32,000 nucleotides of DNA from assembly GCF_000016745.1 (NCBI RefSeq), contig NC_009483.1, forward strand, positions 480,001 to 512,000, given 5' to 3'. Positions within the stretch are counted from its first letter, which is position 1, and every line of letters starts with the position of its first letter. This document shows, piece by piece, positions 7,402 through 16,446 of this stretch. The position numbers were made by a program, and so were the translations under genes. The DNA comes from Geotalea uraniireducens Rf4 (GTDB taxonomy: Bacteria > Desulfobacterota > Desulfuromonadia > Geobacterales > Geobacteraceae). The notes below the pieces were generated by a model. That model worked only from the letters and a program-made list of their open reading frames with translations. It was not told where the DNA came from and ran no database searches.

Positions 7402-8301
7402 TTATCCCCCCGTTTTCTTTCCCCTGGTTTCTGCCCCCCCCTTGTCCCTGCGCCACAGCGAGAAGAGCAGCACTCCCATGAGGAGCAGGACCGCTCCCCC
7501 GCCGATCTTCATGACGTTCACCGCGGCCAGGGCGTACTTTTTCCCTATCGGGTCATAGTGGTAGCAGTAGAGGAGCACCTGGTTGAGGAAGGGGGAGCCG
7601 CCGATCTTGCCGTCCGCAGCCTCCAGGAGGGCGAGCTTCAGGTCGGCCGGGCGCTGTTCGATCCCGTAGAGGTAACGGGCGACCTTGCCCGCCGGGGTCA
7701 GGACGAGAATGACCGACGGGTGGGCGTAGTTGTTCTTTTCCAGGCGCACATACCGCATCCCCACGGTTTTGGTCAGGCGCTCGATCGCAGTTTCCGTCCC
7801 GAGGAGAAACGGCCAGTTTCGTTCAGGGTTGGCGAGCCCCGGCAGCATCCTCCATGTTTCGCCCGACTTGGCGCGGGCCATGGCGGTCGTCTCTTCCTGG
7901 TCGATGCTGACGGTGACGATCCGGTAGTCTTTTCCGGGCAAGAGCCCCTTGATGGCGATGATCGTGTCGGAGAGGTTCCTGAAGATGAGCGGGCAGAGCG
8001 TCGGGCATGAGTAATAGTTCAGGGTAAGGATGACCGGCCCGCCGGTTAAGTAATCTCCCAGCCGGACCTTCCTGCCGTCCTGGTCGGTGAAGGGGAGGTC
8101 GAGCGGGACCTGGGCCCCCGGTTTTTCGTCTACGCCGACGTTCGGCAACTTTTCATCCTGGAGGGTATGCGCCTCCAGCCGGCCGGGCACAAGTCCGGCG
8201 GCGGTCAGGCAGAGGGCGAGCAGTGCGCCGATCAGCAAGGTCCCGGGGTGAACGGGCATCCTCTTCATAACCGGCTGACTTTGTGAGGAGAGTATGGGCA
8301 T
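7402..8301 (-). CDS. sco1: SCO1/SenC copper chaperone (thioredoxin fold), membrane anchored
   Basis: 299 aa. ...GGPVILTLNYYSCPTLCPLIF... contains the SCO CxxxC motif. N- and C-terminal hydrophobic segments. Stop codon lies 6 nt before the coxB start. Confidence 0.85.
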   Translation of the reverse strand: MPILSSQSQPVMKRMPVHPGTLLIGALLALCLTAAGLVPGRLEAHTLQDEKLPNVGVDEKPGAQVPLDLPFTDQDGRKVRLGDYLTGGPVILTLNYYSCPTLCPLIFRNLSDTIIAIKGLLPGKDYRIVTVSIDQEETTAMARAKSGETWRMLPGLANPERNWPFLLGTETAIERLTKTVGMRYVRLEKNNYAHPSVILVLTPAGKVARYLYGIEQRPADLKLALLEAADGKIGGSPFLNQVLLYCYHYDPIGKKYALAAVNVMKIGGGAVLLLMGVLLFSLWRRDKGGAETRGKKTGG

Positions 8302-8499
8302 GGAAAAAGTTTAACCAAAAGCGGTGATATTGCAACGAGGAGGAGATCATCGATCTGGTGAAAGCGTTCAGTTTCATATGCATTGAATATTCTCGCGGCT
8401 AAAAATGCTTTTTCCGGATTTGCCGCCGTCCGCGTCGCTGGATGATGCGAAGCTTGTGCATTGTGATAAGATATTGATAAAACGCGGGAGGTGCTTTGT

Positions 8500-8685
8500 A
8501 TGGTTCGCTTTTATGATCCAAAGGATGAGGCCGAACTGGCGATGGTGGAAGCTGTCCTGAAAAAGGGGGGAATCGAGTATTTCCTCTCCCGGGAGCCTGA
8601 AGCGGGAATAGGGTCCTTGCAGGTACACGTGGCCGAGGAGGACCTGCCAAAGGCAGAGGAACTGATGCAGCAAAAAGTCCGCTAG
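8500..8685 (+). CDS. DUF2007-like small protein (putative signal-transducing protein fold)
   Basis: MVRFYDPKDEAELAMVEAVLKKGGIEYFL...HVAEEDLPKAEELM. GGGAGG SD 8 nt upstream of the ATG at 8500. Confidence 0.6.
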   Translation: MVRFYDPKDEAELAMVEAVLKKGGIEYFLSREPEAGIGSLQVHVAEEDLPKAEELMQQKVR

Positions 8686-8702
8686 TTTTCCCTGTGACGG
8701 TT

Positions 8703-9047
8703 ATGGAAAAAGACATTCTCACCGCCATCGTCGAGGTGGAGAAGGAGATTCGGGAGCGGCTCGCAACGGAGCGAAGCAGCGCTGAGACGCGCCTTGAACA
8801 ATTGCGTCGGGACGGTGAGGAGGAGGTATTAAGAGAGGAGGAACGGTTAAAGATCGAGCTTCATAATGCGCTGGCAGCCGCCAAGGCAGAAGTAGAGAAG
8901 CGGGCCGCCGTTCTGGTCGGCGATGCATCCGCACAGGCGGAAAAACTGGCCGGGCTCGTTGAAGAGGCCCTGCAGCGGCACATAATGAGGCATCTTACCA
9001 GGATAGCGCCGGGAAAACAGCATGATAGTCGGGATGTCGAAGGTTGA
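8703..9047 (+). CDS. atpG: V/A-type ATPase peripheral-stalk subunit (Thermus G / archaeal H-like coiled coil)
   Basis: About 114 aa, E/R/A-rich predicted coiled coil. First gene of the G-I-K-E-C-F-A-B-D order. An alternative GTG start exists at 8694. Confidence 0.6.
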   Translation: MEKDILTAIVEVEKEIRERLATERSSAETRLEQLRRDGEEEVLREEERLKIELHNALAAAKAEVEKRAAVLVGDASAQAEKLAGLVEEALQRHIMRHLTRIAPGKQHDSRDVEG

Positions 9048-10905
9048 AATCATCGGGCCGAAAGAGCTGCTCCTGCCGGTGCTTGAGCTGCTCAAGCAGC
9101 TCGGGGTATTTCAGGTCGAACCGGACATCAGTGGGTTTGTCGCGGAGGGGAAGGAAGCGGAGGTCAGATCGCTGTTGCTCGATGAGAAAAGCCTGGCGCA
9201 ACGCATCTATTTCGAGGACCTCCGGCGGAAGATCGATGACCTCTGCGCCTGTTTCCCCGTGGTTGCCGTCAGGAAGAGCTATCTTGACCCGCAGAGCGTG
9301 ATCGACGTAATTGCCGCCACGGCGGAAAAGCACGTCGCTTACTTCGGCGGGATTTGCCTGAAGAAGGAGGCCATGCGCAGGGAAGAGCGCGACCTCGGCC
9401 GCTATACGGCTTTTCTCGGGGCCATCGAAAACCTCCTGGCAGGCGTCGAGGCGAGAACCGGCCTGGACTTTATCGGGGTGACAATACGCGAGCCGGAGCT
9501 CGTGGAGAACCTGCGGCTGATTTTGGCCCGGCTGACCGGGGGGAGGTTTGAAATCGTCACGACGAAGGCTGCAGACGGAACCGTCATCGGCCTGATATCC
9601 ACGGCAAAGGAGTTTTCGGAAAGGGTGAAGCGGGCCCTCTCCGACGAGCACATTCCGGAGCTCTCCTTTCCCCCATCTTTCGACCATCTCTCGTTCCCGG
9701 AAAAGATCAATTTTGCGCAGCAGCGGCTGGCGGAGCTTGCTGCCGGGATTGCGGCCATCGACAGGGAACTGGAGCGGTTTGCGGGGCGCTGGCTGGCCAT
9801 TTACCAGCGGGTGCGGGAGTGGCTCGACGACAGGCTCTCCCTGCTCAGGCAAAGCGCCATGGTCCACGAGACCTGCATGTGTTTCTTTATCCACGGCTGG
9901 ATGCCGTCTGCGGACGTGGCGCTCTTGGGAAAAGAGCTGAACGGGCGGTTTAGCGGCAAGGTGGTGGTGGAGGAAAAGCGGATGCTTGAGGAGGACCTGG
10001 ACCGGGTGCCGGTCGCCCTGAAGAACCCCACCTATTTCAAGCCCTTTGAGCTGTTCGCCCGGTTGTTGCCGCTGCCGCGTTACACCTCGTTTGACCCGAC
10101 CACGTTCATCGGCATTTTCTTCCCGCTCTTCTTCGGCATGATCCTGGGTGACGTAGGTTACGGACTGATACTCCTCGTTGTTGCCCTTATCCTGCTCAAG
10201 CGCGTCAAGAAACGGGCCGCCGTGAGGGACGGGGCGAAGATCCTGCTCATATCCTCCACCTACACCATTGTTTTCGGCCTGTTCTACGGCGAATTCTTCG
10301 GCAGCCTGGGAACCACACTTACCGGTCTGGAAACGCCGTTCATTTCCAGGGAAAGGGGGGTGGCGCCGATGCTCATCTTTTCGCTGACGGTCGGCCTTGT
10401 CCAGGTGGTGCTGGGGCTCTCTCTCGGCTTCCTGTCGGCCGTAAGGCGAAAGACGAAGAGGGAAGCGCTTTTCAAACTCCTCAACATAATCATCATTCTC
10501 TGCCTGGCGGCATTGCTGGTGTCGTTTTTCGAGCTCTTCCCCCACGTCCTGGCCGGGCCGGTGATGGCCGTACTCCTGGCGGCCGTGCTGCTCCTGATCG
10601 TCACCGGCGGCCTCCTGGCCCCCCTGGAGCTGTTGAAAAACATCGGCAACATCATCTCCTACGCGAGGATCATGGCCATAGGGCTTGCGTCGGTCCTCCT
10701 CGCCAACGTGGCCAATCGCCTGGGGGGAATGACCGGCGACGTAGTGACCGGCGCTGTGGTTGCGGGGCTGCTCCATGCCGTCAACCTCGTCCTCGGCGTG
10801 TTTTCACCCACCATCCAGTCCCTGCGGCTCCATTACGTGGAATTTTTCAGCAAGTTCCTTGAAGCGGGGGGGAGGCGATTCGAACCGTTCAAGAAAGACC
10901 GTTGA
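9022..10905 (+). CDS. atpI: V/A-type ATPase subunit I (membrane a-subunit)
   Basis: 627 aa. Soluble N-terminal half (MSKVEIIGPKELL...) and a multi-TM C-terminal half with ...SYARIMAIGLASVLLA...LRLHYVEFFSKF, typical of subunit I. Confidence 0.9.
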   Translation: MIVGMSKVEIIGPKELLLPVLELLKQLGVFQVEPDISGFVAEGKEAEVRSLLLDEKSLAQRIYFEDLRRKIDDLCACFPVVAVRKSYLDPQSVIDVIAATAEKHVAYFGGICLKKEAMRREERDLGRYTAFLGAIENLLAGVEARTGLDFIGVTIREPELVENLRLILARLTGGRFEIVTTKAADGTVIGLISTAKEFSERVKRALSDEHIPELSFPPSFDHLSFPEKINFAQQRLAELAAGIAAIDRELERFAGRWLAIYQRVREWLDDRLSLLRQSAMVHETCMCFFIHGWMPSADVALLGKELNGRFSGKVVVEEKRMLEEDLDRVPVALKNPTYFKPFELFARLLPLPRYTSFDPTTFIGIFFPLFFGMILGDVGYGLILLVVALILLKRVKKRAAVRDGAKILLISSTYTIVFGLFYGEFFGSLGTTLTGLETPFISRERGVAPMLIFSLTVGLVQVVLGLSLGFLSAVRRKTKREALFKLLNIIIILCLAALLVSFFELFPHVLAGPVMAVLLAAVLLLIVTGGLLAPLELLKNIGNIISYARIMAIGLASVLLANVANRLGGMTGDVVTGAVVAGLLHAVNLVLGVFSPTIQSLRLHYVEFFSKFLEAGGRRFEPFKKDR

Positions 10906-10919
10906 TCCGGGAGGTAATT

Positions 10920-11132
10920 ATGGAAAAGGTACTATTGGGTTTTGCGGCGGCGCTGGCCATAGGGCTCCCCGCCATCGCCACGGGGTGGGCGCAGTCGAAG
11001 ATCGGTTCAGCCGGGGCGGGTGCCGTTGCCGAGAAACCCGAGCTGACCGGGACGATGCTCATCATGCTCGCCATTCCCGAAACCATGGTGATCCTCGGCT
11101 TTGTTGTGGCGGCCATGATCCTCTATCTGTAG
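10920..11132 (+). CDS. atpK: V/A-type ATPase proteolipid subunit K (single hairpin c subunit)
   Basis: 70 aa from the ATG at 10920 (GGGAGG SD 6 nt upstream). Two TM helices; ...AQSKIGSAGAGAVAEKPE... loop; ion-binding Glu in the AIPETMVILGFVVA motif. Confidence 0.85.
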   Translation: MEKVLLGFAAALAIGLPAIATGWAQSKIGSAGAGAVAEKPELTGTMLIMLAIPETMVILGFVVAAMILYL

Positions 11133-11144
11133 CAGGGGAGCGTC

Positions 11145-11708
11145 ATGGGGTACGTGGAACTGATAGCGGCGCTCCGCCGGGACGGGGAGGAACAGCTCGA
11201 GAAGATTCGAAGTGATGCAGAGCGCGAGGCGGAACGGGTGAAGGGGGACGCTTCGGCCCGGATCGAGCGGCTGAGGGCGGAGTATGCCGAGCGGCTGGCT
11301 TCGCTGGAAGCCGCTCAGGCCAGGGCCATTCTTGCCGACGCCGAGAGCAAGGCATCATCGATCAGGCTCGCAACGGAAAGCGCCCTGGCCGTGCGGCTTT
11401 TCCTGCTGGCACGCTCGTCCCTCCACCACCTCAGGGACGAAGGGTATGAGCAGCTCTTTGCCGACCTGGTGCGGGAGCTTCCCCCTGGCGAGTGGCGTCG
11501 GGTGGTGGTCAATCCGGCGGACATGGCGCTTGCGGCCCGCCATTTTCCCAATGCGGAGATTGTCTCCCACCCGGCAATTGTCGGCGGACTGGAGGTTTCG
11601 GAAGAAGGGGGGAGTATCTCTGTCGTCAACACCCTGGAGAAGCGGATGGAGCGGGCATGGCCGGAGCTCCTGCCGGAGATCCTCCGCGACATTTACCGGG
11701 AGCTGTGA
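11145..11708 (+). CDS. atpE: V/A-type ATPase subunit E
   Basis: 187 aa. N-terminal coiled coil (EEQLEKIRSDAEREAERV...) and a C-terminal globular part ending ...GGLEVSEEGGSISVVNTLEKRMERAWPELLPEI. Confidence 0.85.
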   Translation: MGYVELIAALRRDGEEQLEKIRSDAEREAERVKGDASARIERLRAEYAERLASLEAAQARAILADAESKASSIRLATESALAVRLFLLARSSLHHLRDEGYEQLFADLVRELPPGEWRRVVVNPADMALAARHFPNAEIVSHPAIVGGLEVSEEGGSISVVNTLEKRMERAWPELLPEILRDIYREL

Positions 11709-11712
11709 AGCT

Positions 11713-12678
11713 ATGGAAATATTACGCCACGTGGAAGGGAGGGGATACCCTGTCGATTACCTGCTGGCGCGGATCAGTGTGCGGCGGAGCTGGCTGGTTG
11801 CCGATTGGCGGCATCTGCTCTCCGCTGCCGAGCCGCTTGAGGCCGTGCCGGTCTCACCCCGGCGGGGCAAGCTCGGCGCCGGACGCGAACAGGCGATATG
11901 GGCCTCGCTGCTCGAAGAGTCAGCCTGGGTTTACGGCCAGATGGATGAAAGACTCAGGGGAATATTCTCCCCGGTATTCACCTGGTTCGAGTTGAAGACC
12001 CTGGTCCTTTGTCTGCGTACCAGGCAGAGGACAAACGGTGCAGAACTGGAAGGGATTCTGGCGCACAGCCTTCTGGCCGAAAAAGTGAGGAGGCTGCTGG
12101 TCGGGGCAGGGGAAACGGCCGTGGTGGCGGAGGAGATATGCAATCTGTTTGCCCGGGACGACGTAAAGTATGCGCGGCTTCGCGGCATCTACGGGAAGGA
12201 GGGTGTGGACGGGGTCGAACGGCATCTGGTCACCCTCTTCCTGGAGCAGGTTGTTGCGGGGAGGCTTCATCCCGCAGTGGGTATATTTTTCCGTTACCTC
12301 ATCGACATGACGAACATCATGACCCTTTTCAAGCAGCTGCGCTGGCGCATCAAGCTTCCACTCTCCTTCATCGCCGGCGGCCGCATGAAGGGATCGACCT
12401 TCAGGGGACTCCTTGATGGGGAGGGGCTGAACGCCCTTCCTCCGCTGGTGTGCACCCTGACCGGGATGCGGGAGCAGATCTCTGTCGGGGCCTCGCCGGA
12501 GCCGCTATTGCTTAAAGGGCTGTCCAGGCTGTTGCGCAGGGAAGCGCGGGAGCCGGACGGTATCGGCCTTATCCTGGATTATCTCTGGCGCTGTTATATG
12601 GAGGCGCGGAACCTGAGCATCCTGGCCCACTGCGGAGAGATGGATCGGGAAATCCTGAGAACGGAGCTGCTTCAGTGA
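11713..12678 (+). CDS. atpC: V/A-type ATPase subunit C (eukaryotic d-like)
   Basis: In-frame ATG at 11713 just after the atpE stop (MEILRHVEGRGYPVDYLLARISVRRS...). About 321 aa, helical, in the correct operon position. The ORF-track start at 11284 overlaps atpE and is rejected. Confidence 0.8.
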   Translation: MEILRHVEGRGYPVDYLLARISVRRSWLVADWRHLLSAAEPLEAVPVSPRRGKLGAGREQAIWASLLEESAWVYGQMDERLRGIFSPVFTWFELKTLVLCLRTRQRTNGAELEGILAHSLLAEKVRRLLVGAGETAVVAEEICNLFARDDVKYARLRGIYGKEGVDGVERHLVTLFLEQVVAGRLHPAVGIFFRYLIDMTNIMTLFKQLRWRIKLPLSFIAGGRMKGSTFRGLLDGEGLNALPPLVCTLTGMREQISVGASPEPLLLKGLSRLLRREAREPDGIGLILDYLWRCYMEARNLSILAHCGEMDREILRTELLQ

Positions 12679-12995
12679 AAAACATCACCTTTATTACCCC
12701 GAGAGAGGCTCGCTATGGCTTCGGCCTAAGCGGCGCGGTTCAGCACTGCGTTGCTCCGGAGGATGCGGAGGGGGTGCTGCGGCAGGTCCTGGCCGACCCG
12801 GACAGCGGGGTGGTGGTCATCGACGAGCGGCTTTTGGCGGGGATCGATGAAACACGCTTCAGGGAGATGGAGCAGCGCTGGTACGGCATTCTCCTCGTCC
12901 TTCCCGCCCCGGGAAAGGCGGAGGCGGAGGAGGAAGACTACGCGCTGCGTCTCATCAGGCGGGCGGTCGGCTATCATGTGCGGTTGCAGGTATGA
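12675..12995 (+). CDS. atpF: V/A-type ATPase subunit F
   Basis: 106 aa. ...GFGLSGA...VVVIDERLLAGI...LVLP pattern. GTG start overlaps the atpC TGA, and its stop overlaps the atpA ATG (ATGA). Confidence 0.8.
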   Translation: MKNITFITPREARYGFGLSGAVQHCVAPEDAEGVLRQVLADPDSGVVVIDERLLAGIDETRFREMEQRWYGILLVLPAPGKAEAEEEDYALRLIRRAVGYHVRLQV

Positions 12996-14602
12996 CAGGT
13001 CGCATAGTGGCCATATCGGGACCGACGGTGACGGTTGACCTGAAGGGGTTGAAGCTCTACGACATGGTACGCGTGGGCGAGGCGATGCTCATCGGCGAGG
13101 TGGTGAGGCTGGAGCAGGAACGTGCAGTTGTCCAGGTCTACGAGGATACCAGGGGGCTCGGCGTCCATGAGCCGGCCAAAGGGCTCGATACGCCTCTGAC
13201 CGCCCGTCTCGGACCGGGGCTTTTGTCCGGCATGTTCGATGGCCTGCAGCGCCCCATGGAGCGGTTGTTCAGGCAATGCGGGCCGTTCATATGCAGCGGC
13301 AGCGACCTCTATCCCCTGGAACTGGAGCGTCCCTGGAGATTTTTTCCCCTGCGCCGGGCTGGAGATGAGGTGGTTGCCTCCGACATCATCGGCTATGTGG
13401 AGGAAGGGGCGTTCCGCCATCCGCTGACTGCCGGTGCATCCGGCGCCATTGCCAGGCTTGAAGACGGCGAGTTCAACCTGACTCAACCGGTCGGGGCCTT
13501 TGCCGACGGCCGGGAGATCACGGCAATAAGGGAATGGCCGGTGAGAAAGCCGCGGCCTTACCGGAAGAAACTTTCCCCCGATCTTCCCCTCGTTACCGGA
13601 CAGCGTGCCGTCGATTTCCTCTTCCCCCTGGCCCGGGGGGGGGCTGCCGTTTTCCCCGGCGGCTTCGGCACGGGGAAGACCGTGCTCGAGCAGTCGGTCG
13701 CCAAATTCTCCGCCGTCGACCTGGTGGTCTACGTGGGGTGCGGCGAGCGGGGGAACGAGATGGCGGAGCTCCTCGACGAGTTCGCGGCACTCAGCGACCC
13801 GTGGACCGGCAAGCCCCTCATGGACCGGACCATTGTCGTGGTCAATACCTCGAACATGCCGGTGGCGGCGCGGGAAGCCTCCATTTACACTGCCGTAACC
13901 ATGGCCGAGTACTACCGGGACATGGGCTACCACGTTCTTCTTTTGGCCGACAGCATTTCCCGCTGGGCAGAGGCGCTCCGGGAGATATCGTCGTCCCTGG
14001 AGGAGATGCCGGGGGAAGAGGGGTATCCCACCTATCTCGCCTCGCGTCTTTCAGGGTTCTTTGAACGGGCGGGGGTGGTGGAGACCATGAACTGCGGGAT
14101 CGGCTCCCTGAGTATGATCCTTTCCGTTTCGCCGCCCGGCGGTGATTTTACCGAGCCGGTGACCCAGGCCTGCCTGAGGACTGCCGGGGCGTTTTTCATG
14201 CTCGACACGGCCCTGGCCCATCGCCGGCATTTTCCGGCCATCAACTGGTTTCAGAGCTATTCCCTCTATGAGCGGAATATTGTCAGGCATTTCACCGCCG
14301 AAATTTCACCCCGCTGGGAAGAGCTGCTAAGGCGCTGCCGGGAGATGCTGCAACGTGAGGAGTCGCTCCGTGAAGTGGCGGAGATCGTGGGGATCGAAGG
14401 GCTCCAGGATGCGGACCGCCTGTTGATGAAGGTTGCCGAGCGGATACGGCTTGAGTTCCTCTGCCAGAATGCCTATACCGAGGACGCCTTTTCTACGCCG
14501 GAACAGACCGTGGCAAAAATAGGCGAGATCCTGGAGTTTCACGACCGGGCTGCGGCGAGGCTCAAGGAAGGTGTTCTGCTGGACGAGGTGTTGAAAAGCT
14601 GA
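12992..14602 (+). CDS. atpA: V/A-type ATPase catalytic subunit A
   Basis: 536 aa. P-loop PGGFGTGKTVLEQ, plus VYVGCGERGNEM, NTSNMPVAAREASIYT, ADSISRWAEALREIS, EEGYPTYL, PPGGDFTEPVTQ. Confidence 0.95.
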   Translation: MTGRIVAISGPTVTVDLKGLKLYDMVRVGEAMLIGEVVRLEQERAVVQVYEDTRGLGVHEPAKGLDTPLTARLGPGLLSGMFDGLQRPMERLFRQCGPFICSGSDLYPLELERPWRFFPLRRAGDEVVASDIIGYVEEGAFRHPLTAGASGAIARLEDGEFNLTQPVGAFADGREITAIREWPVRKPRPYRKKLSPDLPLVTGQRAVDFLFPLARGGAAVFPGGFGTGKTVLEQSVAKFSAVDLVVYVGCGERGNEMAELLDEFAALSDPWTGKPLMDRTIVVVNTSNMPVAAREASIYTAVTMAEYYRDMGYHVLLLADSISRWAEALREISSSLEEMPGEEGYPTYLASRLSGFFERAGVVETMNCGIGSLSMILSVSPPGGDFTEPVTQACLRTAGAFFMLDTALAHRRHFPAINWFQSYSLYERNIVRHFTAEISPRWEELLRRCREMLQREESLREVAEIVGIEGLQDADRLLMKVAERIRLEFLCQNAYTEDAFSTPEQTVAKIGEILEFHDRAAARLKEGVLLDEVLKS

Positions 14603-14673
14603 AAAACCCCGGCAAAAATTAAAGGGTGTAACGCGCGACTGTCCGAACAGGATAAATGAAGATCAGGTGACCG

Positions 14674-16206
14674 ATGTCCGAAAAAATCGACGAAATCAAG
14701 GCACTGCTCGAACAAAAGACCCAGGAGCTGCAGGCCAGTGAGGCTCACTTCCGCGCCATCTTCAACCAGGCAGCGGCCGGCATTGCGCTGGTGGAGCTGG
14801 ACGGCCGTTGGCTGCTGGTAAATCAAAAATTTTGCGATATTGTCGGTTACCCTGAAGCTGAGTTAAGGAATATGAATTTTCAGGAGATCACCCACCCCGA
14901 TGATCTCCCCGCAGATCTTGAAAACATCCGCCGGCTGCTGGCCGATGAGATACAGCACTGTTTATTCGAGAAACGTTACATCCGCAAGGATGGCTCCGTT
15001 GTCTGGGTAAATCTGAGCATATCCCTGGTACGCACGATTGATGACGAGCCCCACTATTTCATTGCCGTAGCGGAAGACGTTACCGTCCGCAGGAGGGTGG
15101 AGGAGGCGCTGCGTGAATCGGAGGAAAAGTTCTCCAGGGTCTTTCGCAACGCCCCCATTGCGATTACCATCAGCACTTTGGCTGAGGGGCGGTTCGTCGA
15201 GGTCAACGATACGTTCGAACGGCTCAGCGGCTACAGGCGCGAAGATATCATCGGCCGCACCTCGACAGAGTTAGGTATCTGGACTAATCCCGATGATCGC
15301 GCCCGCATGCTTGAAGGGCTGCGTGGGCAAGGTCCGGTCCGCGACCTTGAAATGTCCATGAGTGACAAAACAGGCAATGTTTTTGTGGGGTTATTGTCGG
15401 CGGTCATCATCGAACTGAACGGAGAGGAGTATCTCCTCGTCCTGATGAAAGACGTCACCGCACGCAAGCGGATGGAGGAGGAGATTGAGATATTGAACAC
15501 GAACCTGGCATCACGAGCCGCTGATCTTGAAGCCGCCAACAAGGAACTGGAGGCCTTCAGCTACAGCGTTTCCCACGATCTGCGCAAGCCCCTGACCAAC
15601 ATCAACGGATACTGCCAGTTGGTGCTGGAGCTGTACGGCGACAGTCTCGATGAACAGTGCAGAAGGTTCCTCCAGGAGATCTACGACGGGACCCTGCGCA
15701 TGAACCATCTCATCGACACCCTGCTGAGATTTTCCCAACTGACGCGCGGTGAACTGCGCCGGGAAGCGGTCGATCTCAGCGAAATAGCAAAGGAGGTTGC
15801 CGCGAAACTCAGCTTGGAGGAGCCCGGGCGCCGGGTCAAATTCGATATTACAGAAGGGATAACGGTGACTGGTGACGCGAGATTGTTGCGGGTGGTAATG
15901 GAAAACCTCCTGGGCAACGCATGGAAGTACAGCGGCAAACAGGAAGAGGCGCTGATCGAATTCGGGGGCACGGAGGTCGCGGGGAAACCCGCCTGTTTTG
16001 TCCGGGATAACGGCATCGGCTTCGATATGGGTGAGGCGGACAGGCTGTTCGAAGCTTTTGGGCGCTTGTCCGGCGCGACCGAGTTTGCGGGTCATGGCAT
16101 CGGTCTGGCCACGGTGCAGCGGATCATCCACCGCCATGGCGGCCACATCTGGGCGGAGGGGGAAGAGGGAAAAGGAGCGACGTTCTACTTCTCCCTGGAA
16201 CGGTAA
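14674..16206 (+). CDS. Soluble sensor histidine kinase (PAS-PAS-HisKA-HATPase_c)
   Basis: 510 aa with no TM segment. Two PAS modules (FRAIFNQAAAGIALVE...; FSRVFRNAPIAITIST...). H-box FSYSVSHDLRKPL. N-box LLGNAWKYS. G-boxes DNGIGFD and GHGIGLATV. Confidence 0.92.
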   Translation: MSEKIDEIKALLEQKTQELQASEAHFRAIFNQAAAGIALVELDGRWLLVNQKFCDIVGYPEAELRNMNFQEITHPDDLPADLENIRRLLADEIQHCLFEKRYIRKDGSVVWVNLSISLVRTIDDEPHYFIAVAEDVTVRRRVEEALRESEEKFSRVFRNAPIAITISTLAEGRFVEVNDTFERLSGYRREDIIGRTSTELGIWTNPDDRARMLEGLRGQGPVRDLEMSMSDKTGNVFVGLLSAVIIELNGEEYLLVLMKDVTARKRMEEEIEILNTNLASRAADLEAANKELEAFSYSVSHDLRKPLTNINGYCQLVLELYGDSLDEQCRRFLQEIYDGTLRMNHLIDTLLRFSQLTRGELRREAVDLSEIAKEVAAKLSLEEPGRRVKFDITEGITVTGDARLLRVVMENLLGNAWKYSGKQEEALIEFGGTEVAGKPACFVRDNGIGFDMGEADRLFEAFGRLSGATEFAGHGIGLATVQRIIHRHGGHIWAEGEEGKGATFYFSLER

Positions 16207-16239
16207 GAGTAACCGGACCGAAAGAAATGCAGTTGTATG

Positions 16240-16384
16240 CAGTAGTGTCCGGTTAGAAAATAACACTGACTCTCCAAGCCATAAAAACCAGCACATTACA
16301 CCCTCCCCCACCCCCTCCCATCAAGGGAGGGGAGCTTTAACGTCCCCTCGCCCCTTGTGGGAGAGGGTTAGGGTGAGGGGGGAA
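16240..16384 (+). repeat. About 145 bp G/C-tract palindromic repeat, copy 1 (REP/MITE-like)
   Basis: Near-identical to 24095-24236 in the same orientation (cagtagtgtccg...caccctcccccaccccctcccatcaagggaggggagctttaa.gtcccctcgcccctt...gggtgaggggggaa). Contains a G3N3G3N3G3N3G6 run at 16359-16382. Confidence 0.9.
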
Positions 16385-16446
16385 TGCGGATGCAAAAAAC
16401 CAACTAAATAATGCTGGGTGTACGGGAACTTCACAGGGATGAAGCC

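Noticed and set aside
6967-8010. 347-aa plus-strand ORF, and the 241-aa minus-strand ORF 6731..7456
   Set aside because: They overlap coxB and sco1, which carry CuA, heme c and CxxxC motifs. The alternatives have no motifs and a biased composition.
8995-10776. 593-aa ORF on the minus strand
   Set aside because: It is antisense to the clearly recognisable V/A-ATPase subunit I. Its product is rich in Arg, Gly, Pro, His, Asp, Glu and Gln (RGPHDEQ-rich), low in complexity and has no motifs. This is a typical high-GC antisense artefact.
11284-11712. N-terminal extension of the atpC ORF (464 aa in the track)
   Set aside because: The extension overlaps atpE in another frame. An ATG at 11713 right after the atpE stop gives a normal-length subunit C.
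12974-13933. 319-aa ORF on the minus strand, together with other + strand overlapping ORFs in 13239-14064
   Set aside because: These are antisense to, or out of frame with, atpA, which has unambiguous P-loop and catalytic motifs.
15998-16411. 137-aa ORF ending in ...SPRPLWERVRVRG
   Set aside because: It reads out of frame through the kinase 3' end and then through the G/C-tract repeat. The peptide is a translation artefact of the repeat.
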